The notes beneath the pieces were generated by a model. It had not been told where the DNA came from. It saw nothing but the letters and a program-made list of their open reading frames with translations, and did no database searches. From positions 97,702-161,701 of the forward strand of contig CAWBPM010000002.1 of the NCBI GenBank assembly GCA_963790825.1: 64,000 nucleotides of DNA, written 5' to 3'. Within the stretch, counting starts at the first letter, position 1. Each line of letters starts with the position of its first letter. The translations under genes and the position numbers were made by a program. The stretch comes from Candidatus Levyibacteriota bacterium. Its GTDB lineage: Bacteria > Patescibacteriota > Microgenomatia > Levybacterales > UBA12049. This document shows, one piece after another, positions 1 to 11,076 of the stretch.

Positions 1-152
1 TCGATGTTTCCGGTCTTCTGCCTTAAGTAAATTGATATATTGCTTAAGTTCGCCTCTGGTTAACTTCGGTGCTATTATATCAACTCTCGTATTATTGAGT
101 AGTCCATTCTCAAAACTTTTTCTGGCCAAATCTTGTATAATTTTTTTATTCA
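1..152 (-). CDS. atpH: F-type ATP synthase delta subunit (OSCP), N-terminal portion; gene runs off the window start
   Basis: Minus-strand reading frame starting at the ATG complementary to 150-152 gives MNKKIIQDLARKSFENGLLNNTRVDIIAPKL... and has no stop before position 1. It lies directly downstream of atpF in the expected atpB-E-F-H order. Confidence 0.45.
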
Positions 153-158
153 TGATAA

Positions 159-665
159 TTAATCGGGTCTTTTTTCGATAACTTTTACTGTTCGATTTAT
201 AATACTTTCCTGATCCGAATCAGTAAAGACCCCTGATAATGATTTCTTCAAAATATCAATAGACAATTCAGTAATGTTTCTTGTTAACCGAGCTTCAGAC
301 GACCTTGTTTCACGCTCTATTTGTTCTTTGGCATCCGCTACCATTTTTTCTGTCTGTTTTTTAGCTATCTCCTGCGCTTGTTCAATAATTTGACTTGCTT
401 GTTCCTCTGCGTCTGCAAGAATTTGATTTGCAGTAGTCCTTGCTTCTTTAACAATTATTTTCTCTTTATCTAACGCTTCATCCAGGGCTTTTTGACTTTT
501 TTCAGCCTTTGCTATACTTTCTTTCACCAGCTCTTCACGTTTCTTAAAGACCTTAAAAATAGGCGGATAAAGAAATTTTTTTAAAATATACAATAGTATT
601 AAAAAATTTACTATTTGTGCAATAGTTAAATACGGATTAAGACCGAATGTTTGAAAAATTTCCAT
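159..665 (-). CDS. atpF: F-type ATP synthase F0 subunit b
   Basis: 168 aa with an N-terminal TM helix followed by a long charged coiled-coil (KESIAKAEKSQKALDEALDKEK...), typical of subunit b. Positioned after the c subunit. Confidence 0.75.
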   Translation of the reverse strand: MEIFQTFGLNPYLTIAQIVNFLILLYILKKFLYPPIFKVFKKREELVKESIAKAEKSQKALDEALDKEKIIVKEARTTANQILADAEEQASQIIEQAQEIAKKQTEKMVADAKEQIERETRSSEARLTRNITELSIDILKKSLSGVFTDSDQESIINRTVKVIEKRPD

Positions 666-784
666 ATATTATAACTTTTTTTAAATATTGTCATTCTGAA
701 GCGAAACAATAAAGTCTTTTAGAGAGAGTCCTGTTAATATCTCCTATTAGTAAATCGCTCCAGGATGACAGAATAGATATCATA

Positions 785-1773
<989 letters not shown>

Positions 1774-1806
1774 AAAAAAAACCTGTCCCTACAGGCACTT
1801 TCTATT

Positions 1807-4800
1807 TTAATTTCTATTTGAAGGTAAGTCAAGCAACATTTTATCAACAGGGTAAATTTTTTCTGCAATAATAACCGGTTTTTCGTTTCTCCCATCAAGT
1901 TTTCCCTCAATTACCACTACCCGGTCATTTAGCAAAAAGGTTTTGTATTGCTCGAATACTCGTGGAAAGATAACACATTCTGCGGTAATGCCCTTCTCGT
2001 CTCCCAGAACGAGAAAAGCCATTTCCGAACCGCTTTTTTTAGTGAAAATTTTTCTAAGCGATTCGATAATGCCTCCAACTTTTACGACAACTCCCGCTTC
2101 TTCTCCTTCAATAAACTCGAGTTCATGAGTAATCAAAGACTTAACATATGTTAAATTATCCATTTGAGGATGGGATGATAAATAAAATCCAAGAAATTCT
2201 TTTTCAAAATTCAGCTTTTCTTCATTCGTAAAATCATCTACATCTTCTATTATGGCTTGATAAGATAAATCATCAACCGGCTCATCACCGAAGAGCGATG
2301 CCTGTCCTTCCAGGAATTGCTTTTTTATTTGATTTGCTTTAGCAACAACCTCCGGAAGTGCTATCAAAAGAGCTGCTCTTTTTCCAAATTTATCCATTGC
2401 TCCAGCTTTAATTAAACTTTCCATGGTTTTTTTATTTACAGAACTCAAATTTACTTTTGAGCAAAAGTCCGGCAAACTAGAGAAAGGTTTTTCTTTTCGA
2501 GCATTTAATATACTCTCTATTGCAGCAGTTCCAACATTTTTAATTGCCGATAAACCAAATCGAACACCATCTTTGTTCTCAATGCTAAAATCGCTGTTTG
2601 ATTTATTGATATCTGGAGGTAAGACCGGAACCCCGAGCCGTTTGCATTCGGCAACAGCCCGGGCAATTTTTTCGTTTTTGACTGGCCCCGTAGTGCCTCG
2701 TGATTCAGCTGTAAGCAGTGCTGCCATAAACTCGACAGGGAAGTGAGCCTTAAGATATGCTGTCCGGAAAGCAATTGTTGCATAACAGGCGGCATGCGCT
2801 TTGTTAAAGCCGTATCCGGCAAATGGAGCAATAAGCTCAAACATCTCATGCGCTTTTTTCTCCGATAATCCTCTTTGGACAGCGCTTTTTATGAACTGCT
2901 TCTCTTGTTTTCTCATTTCAGACGGAATTTTCTTCCCCATTGCCTTACGAAATTTATCTGCATCCAGCCAGGTGTAGCCGGCGATTTCGATAACAGTAAG
3001 GAGTACATCATCCTGAAATGCAAGGATGCCATATGACGGTTGCAGGATAGTTTCCAACCTTGGGTCAGGGTAGGTGATGGGCAACCTACCGTGTTTCCGG
3101 GCGATAAATTCCGGAATTGCCTGCATCGGTCCAGGGCGGTATAGTGCTACCATGGCCATTAAATCAAAAATATTTGTCGGCTTTAATTCTTTAATATAAC
3201 GTCTCATTCCGGCAGACTCCAGTTGGAAAATACCGGTCGTTTCGGCTTGGGAAAGTAGCTCATATGTTTTCTTATCATCGAGGGGAACCGAATGAAAATC
3301 AACATCTTTACCCTGGTTTTGCTTAATAAATTTTAAAGTTTCCTCAATAATTGTAAGATTTCGAAGCCCCAAGAAGTCCATCTTTAAAAGTCCTACGCCG
3401 TCTTCCCCGACTGTATACATGTCATATTGCGTTACGACTTTGTCTCCGTTAGTTTCTCGCTGCAGCGGCACATACTCTGTTAGTGGTTTATCTGAAATAA
3501 CCACTCCCGCGGCGTGGACCGATGCATGACGAGCAACTCCTTCCAGCTTTTTAGCAATATCCAAAAGCTTTCTCGTTTCTTCCTCAGAATCATATGCATG
3601 TTTTAAATCCGGACTTTGTGCGAGTGCGCTATCAATAGTCATCGCATGTCCCTGCCAACCGGGTGGTATCATCTTGGAAATTCTATCAGGACCTGCGTAC
3701 GGCATGCCAAGTGCCCGGCCTGCATCCCGGACAGAACCCCTCGCCTCCATAGTTCCGAAGGTGATGATCTGGGCAACTTTATCCTCGCCATATTTTTGGG
3801 TTACATAGGCAATTACTTCCTCGCGTCTTGTATCTGCAAAATCCAAATCAATATCCGGTGCAGACGGACGAAGCGGATTCAAAAACCTCTCAAATGGCAG
3901 CTTAAAATAAAACGGATCGATATCGGTTATATTCAAACAATAAGAAACAACAGATCCCGCAGCAGAGCCACGGCCCGGTCCGACAGAAATGTGGTGACCC
4001 TTGGCCCAATTAACGAAGTCGCTAACGACAAGAAAATACGTTTCATAACCTTTTCCAACTATCACTGATAATTCATATTCAACTCGTTCTTTTATCTCGG
4101 GAGTGATTTCTTTATAACGTCTCATCATGCCTTCCTTCACCAATTTTTCCAAATACGTTTTCGGAGTATTTCCTTCCGGAACGGCAAAAACAGGCAAAAT
4201 CCACTTTCCCAAAGTGATCTCGACATTGCATCTGTCCGCAATTTTGATCGTATTTTCAATTGCCTCAGGATTATCCATAAATAGTTTTTCCATTTCTTCT
4301 GCACTTTTAATATAAAAATCAGGACTGTCAATCATAGAAAGTTTGCGGTTTTTGTCCAGGATCGTGCTTTGTGTTTGGATACAAAGTAAAATTTCCTGAG
4401 CTTCCGCATCTTCCTTCCGCGTATAATGATTATCGTTTGTTGCAACCAGAGGAATACCCAGTTTTTTTGAAAGTTTAATTAATTTTTTGTTTGCCGGTTC
4501 TTGCGGCGGTACATTAATATGATGCTGGATTTCAAGAAAAAAGTTTTCATTTCCGAAGATCTCCTGTAATTTTATTGCACGTTTTTCAGCTTCCGAATCT
4601 TCACTGCGTGTTAACGGATCGGTTACATAGCCGTTTACGCAAGCTGAGAGACAAATAAGCCCCTCGTGATATTTTTGTAGTAGGTTCAAATCGGTTCTTG
4701 GTTTGTAATAATATCCCTCGAGGTAAGAAACAGAAACTATCTTCATCAGATTTTTATAACCCGCATTATTTTCAGCCAGAAGTACTAAGTGGTTATAATC

Positions 4801-5052
4801 TTTATCGACACCTGCTTCTTTATCATGCAAAGAACGTTTAGCGACATAAATCTCACAGCCGATAATCGGTTTAATACCGGCATCTAGGGCTTGCTGATAA
4901 AATTTAATGACTCCGTACATACTTCCGTGATCTGTGATAGCCAGCGCTTTCATATTTAGCTCTTTGGCACGTTTTACCATCTCGCTAACTTTATTTAGCC
5001 CATCAAGAAGAGAGTAGTCAGAGTGGTTATGGAGATGTACAAAATCAGTCAT
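1807..5052 (-). CDS. dnaE: DNA polymerase III alpha subunit
   Basis: 1081 aa. N-terminal PHP domain (HLHNHSDYSLLDG), polymerase core motifs and a C-terminal OB region. Intact single frame. Confidence 0.9.
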   Translation of the reverse strand: MTDFVHLHNHSDYSLLDGLNKVSEMVKRAKELNMKALAITDHGSMYGVIKFYQQALDAGIKPIIGCEIYVAKRSLHDKEAGVDKDYNHLVLLAENNAGYKNLMKIVSVSYLEGYYYKPRTDLNLLQKYHEGLICLSACVNGYVTDPLTRSEDSEAEKRAIKLQEIFGNENFFLEIQHHINVPPQEPANKKLIKLSKKLGIPLVATNDNHYTRKEDAEAQEILLCIQTQSTILDKNRKLSMIDSPDFYIKSAEEMEKLFMDNPEAIENTIKIADRCNVEITLGKWILPVFAVPEGNTPKTYLEKLVKEGMMRRYKEITPEIKERVEYELSVIVGKGYETYFLVVSDFVNWAKGHHISVGPGRGSAAGSVVSYCLNITDIDPFYFKLPFERFLNPLRPSAPDIDLDFADTRREEVIAYVTQKYGEDKVAQIITFGTMEARGSVRDAGRALGMPYAGPDRISKMIPPGWQGHAMTIDSALAQSPDLKHAYDSEEETRKLLDIAKKLEGVARHASVHAAGVVISDKPLTEYVPLQRETNGDKVVTQYDMYTVGEDGVGLLKMDFLGLRNLTIIEETLKFIKQNQGKDVDFHSVPLDDKKTYELLSQAETTGIFQLESAGMRRYIKELKPTNIFDLMAMVALYRPGPMQAIPEFIARKHGRLPITYPDPRLETILQPSYGILAFQDDVLLTVIEIAGYTWLDADKFRKAMGKKIPSEMRKQEKQFIKSAVQRGLSEKKAHEMFELIAPFAGYGFNKAHAACYATIAFRTAYLKAHFPVEFMAALLTAESRGTTGPVKNEKIARAVAECKRLGVPVLPPDINKSNSDFSIENKDGVRFGLSAIKNVGTAAIESILNARKEKPFSSLPDFCSKVNLSSVNKKTMESLIKAGAMDKFGKRAALLIALPEVVAKANQIKKQFLEGQASLFGDEPVDDLSYQAIIEDVDDFTNEEKLNFEKEFLGFYLSSHPQMDNLTYVKSLITHELEFIEGEEAGVVVKVGGIIESLRKIFTKKSGSEMAFLVLGDEKGITAECVIFPRVFEQYKTFLLNDRVVVIEGKLDGRNEKPVIIAEKIYPVDKMLLDLPSNRN

Positions 5053-5101
5053 AAAAACAGTATACGTATTTTCGAGGCTAAATACAAGCAGATGATAATC
5101 T

Positions 5102-6106
5102 TTAAGCGGCCTTGGGTAGAATCGATGTGTAATAGGTTAATCGGGGGTTATCTGACTGAAAAGCAGCTTTAATTTCATCCGAATAGTTTCTTTTTTCTAA
5201 AATTTCGTTACGTCTGCCTGGATCAAATTCTTCATAAAGCTCAAGGATTGTTTCAAAATGTTCAATCTCTAATACCGCTTGAAAAGCTAATTTGCCAATT
5301 CTTGTGTCTCCAAGTTGTTCATTGAGTATTTTATTTACTTCTTCTCTTCCGCTTGCTCCGATGAGTCGTTCAACAGGTATCCTTTCAATATCCCTTCTTA
5401 TTTTAATAAGTTTTACCTCATCATCTGCCAGTTGTTTTAATTCATTAAATATATCAAAAGCAACATTACGGGGATCCTTAGCCAAGTATTCTTTTGCAGC
5501 AGTGACATTTCCCTCTAATGCTGGATCTTCCGAGGTTAACATTGCAATAGACGTAGAAAGCGAAAAATCAGGATCCTGCATTTGTTTAACTTCTTGTGCT
5601 TGTGCCATCGCCTGGCGAATTTGTGCCATTTGTTCACTAGTAGCCCCAAAGATCCATGTTACTGTCTCATCTGCCGCTCCTGTTTGTCGAGTGACGAATA
5701 TTTGGACACTATCGGGCAAGTTCAGCTGAGAAATTGCACTCGTTATACGGCTGGAGCTTTCCAGGATTACAGTGTCGCCAAATTCTCTGTCGTACTTGGT
5801 ATTCGCAGATTTCAGATTATCAGCATCTGCATAAATGAGTGCCCAGCTTGTACCTAAACGAAGTACATTAGATAGTTCGGAAGCCACTCTGATACGCATA
5901 CCATCCTCCTCAATGGGAAGACCAGTAAGAGGATCAATATGGGTTTGTTCAGGTAAATCATTTCGAAAAAAACGTGGTGGAATAGTAAGATTTATACCCT
6001 TACCACGTACCTTATCAATCCAAGGATTTAGTCTTTGCTGCTCTTGAGAAAATGATATTAAATCCAGCGAAGAAGAATCCGCTTCGCTATGCTCAGGGCT
6101 GTCCAT
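5102..6106 (-). CDS. GGDEF-domain protein with degenerate active site
   Basis: DPLTGLP...ALIYADADNLKSANTKYDREFGDTVI matches the start and A-site region of diguanylate cyclase GGDEF domains. The GG(D/E)EF position reads RQTGAADE, so it is probably non-catalytic. Confidence 0.45.
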   Translation of the reverse strand: MDSPEHSEADSSSLDLISFSQEQQRLNPWIDKVRGKGINLTIPPRFFRNDLPEQTHIDPLTGLPIEEDGMRIRVASELSNVLRLGTSWALIYADADNLKSANTKYDREFGDTVILESSSRITSAISQLNLPDSVQIFVTRQTGAADETVTWIFGATSEQMAQIRQAMAQAQEVKQMQDPDFSLSTSIAMLTSEDPALEGNVTAAKEYLAKDPRNVAFDIFNELKQLADDEVKLIKIRRDIERIPVERLIGASGREEVNKILNEQLGDTRIGKLAFQAVLEIEHFETILELYEEFDPGRRNEILEKRNYSDEIKAAFQSDNPRLTYYTSILPKAA

Positions 6107-6108
6107 AA

Positions 6109-7425
6109 TTAGTGTAATTTCTTTTCTAAGCTGCTCTTCACCATTTGCGCATCTATCTTTTTTCCGATCTGTCGCATAACTTGACCGACTAGAAACATAA
6201 TAACAGTTTTCTTGCCACTTCTATAGTCCTGAACTGCTTTTTCCTGCTCGCCAAGAACTTTTTCAATAACGGCTTGAAGTTCTGTCTCATCAATTGCTGT
6301 GTTTGTGCTTGTAGTAAGTATTTCTTTAACCAATACTTCAGGCGAAATCTTTACAGAATCAATCTTTTTATTGATAATAATATTGGCAATCTGCTTGGGT
6401 GTAATTTGTTCCCCCTCTCCTTGAATTACCGCAGCTTCGAAGTAATCAGCAAGTGTCCTTTCTCTCGTCAGAATCTCAGCATCGTATTCAGAGAGGCTAA
6501 ACTGCCTGACGAACCGACTTAATTTTTTTACCGGCAGTTCTGGCACTTGTCCTTTCAATTTGCTAATTTGCTCATCTGTCCAAAGAATCGGGGGAATATC
6601 CGGCTCCGGGAAATAGCGGTAATCATTAGCTTCTTCCTTAATCCGTTGTGACACAGTTACATTTTTAAATTCATTCCAACCCCTTGTTTCTTGAACAGGG
6701 GTTTTGTTATCTCTAAGCATTAGTTCCTGACGATTTAGCTCGAAGTTAATCGCCTTTTCCACAAACTTAAAAGAGTTGATATTTTTTACTTCAACTTTGT
6801 AATTGGGAAGTTTCTTATCATCAAGCGTCAGTGAGATATTCGGCTCAAGACGCATATTACCCTTTTCCATATCGGCATTTGATACACCAAGGTAACGTAC
6901 GACCTGCTGAAGATATTGTAAGTATTCTTTTACCTCATCTGCACTGCGGAAGTCCGGCTCGGTAACGATTTCAACCAAAGGAACTCCCGACCGGTTGAAG
7001 TCAATCAAACTTGCGCCTTCCTCGTGTGTTAGTTTACCCGTATCTTCCTCCATATGCACCCGCGTGATTCCGATTTGTTTACCGCTACTAAGTACTATTT
7101 TCCCCTTTAGACCGAAAGGCAGATCATACTGGCTGATTTGATACCCCTTAGGTAAGTCGGGATAAAAGTAATTTTTTCTATCAAACTTCGAAAATCGAGA
7201 AATCTCACAATCTAAAGCTAATGCAATCATGACACACCACTCAAGGGCTTTAGCATTTGGTATCGGCAACGCTCCCGGTAAGCCGAGGCAGACAGGACAG
7301 GTATGCGTGTTGGGTTTTTGGCTGAAGTAATCAGCAGAACATGAACAAAACATCTTAGACTTTGTTTTTAACTCAACATGAACTTCTAAGCCAATGATAG
7401 GAATGTATTTACTCGTCATACTCAA
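6109..7425 (-). CDS. gatB: Asp-tRNA(Asn)/Glu-tRNA(Gln) amidotransferase subunit B
   Basis: N-terminus IPIIGLEVHVELKTKSKMFCSC with the Cys cluster typical of GatB. 438 aa. Confidence 0.85.
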   Translation of the reverse strand: MSMTSKYIPIIGLEVHVELKTKSKMFCSCSADYFSQKPNTHTCPVCLGLPGALPIPNAKALEWCVMIALALDCEISRFSKFDRKNYFYPDLPKGYQISQYDLPFGLKGKIVLSSGKQIGITRVHMEEDTGKLTHEEGASLIDFNRSGVPLVEIVTEPDFRSADEVKEYLQYLQQVVRYLGVSNADMEKGNMRLEPNISLTLDDKKLPNYKVEVKNINSFKFVEKAINFELNRQELMLRDNKTPVQETRGWNEFKNVTVSQRIKEEANDYRYFPEPDIPPILWTDEQISKLKGQVPELPVKKLSRFVRQFSLSEYDAEILTRERTLADYFEAAVIQGEGEQITPKQIANIIINKKIDSVKISPEVLVKEILTTSTNTAIDETELQAVIEKVLGEQEKAVQDYRSGKKTVIMFLVGQVMRQIGKKIDAQMVKSSLEKKLH

Positions 7426-7503
7426 ATTTCTAATTTCTAATTTCTAATTTCTAAAATTTAGAGACAAAGTCCAAATGTTTAGGTCAATTAGGTTAATTAA
7501 AAA

Positions 7504-8916
7504 TTAGAGTAATTTTGGTCTCTCCTTCCAGACAGAATTTATTTGCTCATACGCGTATCCAACCTGGTATAACCTTTCTTCCGAGAAGTGCGGGCCGAGA
7601 ATTTGCATACCAACCGGAAGATTATCGACAAATCCCATAGGAACAGACAACCCCGGAACACCGGTTAGATTGGCATGCACGGTAAAAATATCTGAAAGAT
7701 ACATAGACAATGGATCATTCATTTTCTCGCCCAGCTTCCAAGGCAGTGTAGGGGAGGCAGGAGTAATAATGACATCAACTTTTTTAAACACATTATCAAA
7801 ATCTTCCCTGAGGAGAGTACGAACCTGCATGGCTTTTTTGTAATATGCATCGTAATAACCGGCTGACAACACATACGTTCCCAACATGATGCGCCGCCTG
7901 GCTTCGTCGCCGAAATATGTTCTGTTATTGCCATAGCGAATTCCATCAAATCTGGCGAGATTAGAAGAAACCTCTGCGGTTTGGATGATGTAATAGACGG
8001 CAATTGCATACTCAGTATGCGGAAGAGAAACATCAATAATCTCAACTCCTAATTTTTCTAAATCTTTAAGTCTCTTTTCCATCATTTCTTTAATCCTCGG
8101 ATCTAAGCCCTCGATAAAATATTCTTTCGGAACACCAATTTTTAATCCTTTTACGCCCTCAGTAATATTTTTTAAATAATCGGGTACTATAGCTTGCGGG
8201 GTAGTAGCATCCATTCTATCTTTGCCTGCAGTTATAGAAAGTAGAAGAGCATTATCGTGAACTGTCTTTGTAAAGTGACCGATACTATCCAGAGACGATG
8301 CCATAGCGATAACACCGTATCGACTGACCCTTCCATAGGTTGGTTTAAGACCAACAGTATTAGTAAAGCTTGCCGGAAGCCTGATTGATCCTCCAGTATC
8401 AGTACCGGTTGCAGCCAAGCACATATCTGACGCGACACTGACAGCAGAACCACTGCTTGATCCGCCGGGAACAAAGCCAAAGTTGTAAGGATTTCTTGTC
8501 ACACCAAAATCGGAATTCTCACCCGATGATCCGTGTGCCCAGGCGTCGCAATTATTTTTTCCGACAATAATTACCCCGGCCTCTTTTAATTTTCTGACCG
8601 CTGTTCCGTCATATTGCGGAATATAGTCCTCAAGGACTTTTGAAGCCGCTGTGGTGCGAATTCCTTTTGTAACAAAGAGATCTTTTATGCCAATCGGAAT
8701 GCCGAGGAGCGGTAGTTTCTCACCTTTCTTTATTTTCTCATCGGCTTTTTTAGCCATTTCCAAGGCCTCAGTTTCTGATACAGTGATAAACGCATTTAAC
8801 TTTGCATTATGTTGTTTAATTCTCTCCAAGTACGCTGTAGTTAACTCCACAGAAGAATATTTTTTCTCCCGTAAATCCTTAATAGCCTGGGTAATAGTTA
8901 AATTTTGCAAATTCAT
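7504..8916 (-). CDS. gatA: Glu-tRNA(Gln) amidotransferase subunit A (amidase signature family)
   Basis: 470 aa with the amidase signature GGSSGGSA and Ser-cisSer-Lys context. Confidence 0.85.
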   Translation of the reverse strand: MNLQNLTITQAIKDLREKKYSSVELTTAYLERIKQHNAKLNAFITVSETEALEMAKKADEKIKKGEKLPLLGIPIGIKDLFVTKGIRTTAASKVLEDYIPQYDGTAVRKLKEAGVIIVGKNNCDAWAHGSSGENSDFGVTRNPYNFGFVPGGSSSGSAVSVASDMCLAATGTDTGGSIRLPASFTNTVGLKPTYGRVSRYGVIAMASSLDSIGHFTKTVHDNALLLSITAGKDRMDATTPQAIVPDYLKNITEGVKGLKIGVPKEYFIEGLDPRIKEMMEKRLKDLEKLGVEIIDVSLPHTEYAIAVYYIIQTAEVSSNLARFDGIRYGNNRTYFGDEARRRIMLGTYVLSAGYYDAYYKKAMQVRTLLREDFDNVFKKVDVIITPASPTLPWKLGEKMNDPLSMYLSDIFTVHANLTGVPGLSVPMGFVDNLPVGMQILGPHFSEERLYQVGYAYEQINSVWKERPKLL

Positions 8917-8922
8917 AATCTT

Positions 8923-9579
8923 TTACCAATTCCTCTGTTTTCCAATTTTCTTCTCAATGCCTTGCGTCTCTTTAACAAAGAAATCGACACCATCAGATTG
9001 CAGGACAATATATCCGGTATTTTGTATTGCCCCAGTCGGAAGTTCATCAAATTTTGCCCAACCAATATGTGTCAGAAATGATCGCATAACATTTCCATGA
9101 TTAACCACTAAAATAGTTTTTCCGGGATAGACAACTGCTATTTCCCGCAAAAAGGTAATTAAACGTATAGCTGATTCCTCAGGACTTTCCATATCAGGCG
9201 TTAACTTAAATTGCATTTTACCTTTATCATCTAAGTCCTTTAGTTTATCTCCCATTTCTTTAAGAAGCTGGTCATTTGTTTTATCAGGATAGTTTTCCAG
9301 GTAACGGCTTGATTCCCGCTCACGAATAGCTCGAACTGTTTGAACGACTAGTTCTCTCTCTTCACTGATTATCTCTGCAGTTCTTTTAGCACGAATTAAG
9401 TCCGAAGAAAAAACTGCATCAAAATGAATATGACTTAACGAAATTTTTCTCCGATAAGTTTGTTTTAGGCCATTATCAGTAAGTTTCGAGCCAAGATCAC
9501 TTTTCTCGTGCGAAAAACCTGCATTACCCTCTGATTCACCATGGCGAACTAAATATATGGTTGTTAGTTTTTTATCCAT
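8923..9579 (-). CDS. histidine phosphatase family protein (phosphoglycerate mutase-like)
   Basis: N-terminal RHGESEGN motif (IYLVRHGESEGN) and a downstream His-containing region (VVNHGNV). Confidence 0.65.
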   Translation of the reverse strand: MDKKLTTIYLVRHGESEGNAGFSHEKSDLGSKLTDNGLKQTYRRKISLSHIHFDAVFSSDLIRAKRTAEIISEERELVVQTVRAIRERESSRYLENYPDKTNDQLLKEMGDKLKDLDDKGKMQFKLTPDMESPEESAIRLITFLREIAVVYPGKTILVVNHGNVMRSFLTHIGWAKFDELPTGAIQNTGYIVLQSDGVDFFVKETQGIEKKIGKQRNW

Positions 9580-9590
9580 ATTTAAAATCT

Positions 9591-10001
9591 CTACTTAGGA
9601 TCGACAGGTTTTTCATCGTTTTCTAATGGTCTTCCCAATGCTCGTTTAAGTGCCAGATTAAGGCGCTTAACATCATCTTTCGTAACCAACTCTTGATCAC
9701 GAAAGTCGCCCGTACACCACGCCATATAGCTCCGACAACTCTTTATTATGTCAGGGTCTGTAATCTCATGAGTTATATCTATAGCCTTGGCAAATCCAAG
9801 ATTAACTTTATGAAAAGTTGTTTTACGAAATTTATTATCTCGATTTAGTGAAGTACTATCCAAGAGTTCTGAAGGATCCTCATTATAAGTATCAAGAATC
9901 TCAATTAGTTTAGGAAAAGCAGGCGTCGGCTCCTTGCCTTTTCTCGGTGATTGTTCTGCTTGTTGGGGTGAATTAGGTCTTTGGTTTTCACTCATCTTCA
10001 A
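9591..10001 (-). CDS. hypothetical protein
   Basis: 136-aa ORF between the histidine phosphatase gene and gatC, overlapping the gatC stop by 14 nt. No recognisable motif. Confidence 0.4.
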   Translation of the reverse strand: MKMSENQRPNSPQQAEQSPRKGKEPTPAFPKLIEILDTYNEDPSELLDSTSLNRDNKFRKTTFHKVNLGFAKAIDITHEITDPDIIKSCRSYMAWCTGDFRDQELVTKDDVKRLNLALKRALGRPLENDEKPVDPK

Positions 10002-10272
10002 AAATTCCTTTCACTCGAAAAGCGCCGTTTTTTACTTTCTTACCATTCGATAATGCTTCAGTTTGCGTAAGAGAGGAAGCTGAAACATCTTCTCTGGTAA
10101 CATTTTCAAGACCAGTAACTTGACTTGTTTCTTTAATATTTTTTGTATCCAGATTAGTCAATTTGTTCACATAATCCAAGACTTCTGATAATTGGCTCTC
10201 GAATTTACTTACCTCTTCAGCTTTGATTGTCAGATTCGCAAGTCTTGCGACATGTTGTACATTAATTTTCAT
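9988..10272 (-). CDS. gatC: Glu-tRNA(Gln) amidotransferase subunit C
   Basis: 94 aa. MKINVQHVARLANLTIKAEEVSKFESQLSEVLDYVNKL matches the GatC family. Confidence 0.75.
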   Translation of the reverse strand: MKINVQHVARLANLTIKAEEVSKFESQLSEVLDYVNKLTNLDTKNIKETSQVTGLENVTREDVSASSLTQTEALSNGKKVKNGAFRVKGIFEDE

Positions 10273-10290
10273 AAGCCTTAGAATAATGCA

Positions 10291-11076
10291 TTATAACCTA
10301 ATACCCAGTTTCCCTGCAATTGCAGCTTGTGCTTTTTCTTCCAGAGTATCATCAAGTTTTGTAAGTGTAATATTTGTTTGATACTTTATTTGCAGCGCAG
10401 TTCTTGTAAGCCAATCTGCAAGCAGTGGATTTTTTGGCAAAAGAGGACCATGAAAATAACAGCCAATGGCATTTTTATAAACTACCCCTTCTGTTCCGTC
10501 CTGTCCATTATTTCCATTTCCTACCAGTATCTTTGCAAAAGGTTTTGCCTTTTCGCCGAGGTACGTTCTTCCGCCGTGATTTTCAAAACCTACAATAAAA
10601 GGTGAAGCAAAACCCCCCGCCAGATTCTTTAAGTAAATCTCTCCTACGGTATTGCCTATCAAACGTGGCTCATTGAGACCCGGATGCTTGGAAATCATAT
10701 CAAAAATTCCCAGTCCTTCAATTTTCTTCCCGATTCCCGGTTCATAATACTTACCCATGAGCTGCGGTGAACCACAAACAAAAAGAGAAGGAGTGTTTTT
10801 TTCAATAAGATTTTTTATTATCTGTCCCTTTTCCTTTTTAAGGTCCCGCATGACGATTTCCTGCTCCCTGTCCTGTGCACCACCACCAAAAAGTAGGTCG
10901 ACAGACTGCAACTCTTTAAAGTGCGTTTCCCTCTCAATTGGAAGTATTTTTACTTGAATTCCCCGCCACTCGCAACGTTTTGTCAGCGAAATAATATTCC
11001 CCCTATCTCCATACGTACTCATCAAAGTCGGATACAGCCAGCCAATACACAATGATAAATGTTTATTCATGTTCAT
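10291..11076 (-). CDS. gatD: lipid II isoglutaminyl synthase, glutaminase subunit (CobB/CobQ-like GATase)
   Basis: Motifs YGDRGNIISL, GGGAQDREQ, FENHGGRTY and CYFHGPLLPKNP match the GatD partner of MurT. Overlaps the murT stop by 4 nt. Confidence 0.75.
   Translation of the reverse strand: MNMNKHLSLCIGWLYPTLMSTYGDRGNIISLTKRCEWRGIQVKILPIERETHFKELQSVDLLFGGGAQDREQEIVMRDLKKEKGQIIKNLIEKNTPSLFVCGSPQLMGKYYEPGIGKKIEGLGIFDMISKHPGLNEPRLIGNTVGEIYLKNLAGGFASPFIVGFENHGGRTYLGEKAKPFAKILVGNGNNGQDGTEGVVYKNAIGCYFHGPLLPKNPLLADWLTRTALQIKYQTNITLTKLDDTLEEKAQAAIAGKLGIRL

Noticed and set aside
1943-4331. Plus-strand ORFs of 61-150 aa inside the dnaE region (1943-2128, 1948-2154, 2423-2746, 3616-4068, 4127-4315) and minus-strand 2517-2849 and 4137-4331
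   Set aside because: All lie antisense or out of frame within an intact, well-conserved 1081-aa dnaE. They have low-complexity composition and no motifs, so they are typical shadow ORFs.
5292-6047. Plus-strand ORFs 5292-5729, 5582-5857 and 5835-6047
   Set aside because: Antisense to the GGDEF-domain gene. Cys/Ser-rich junk translation.
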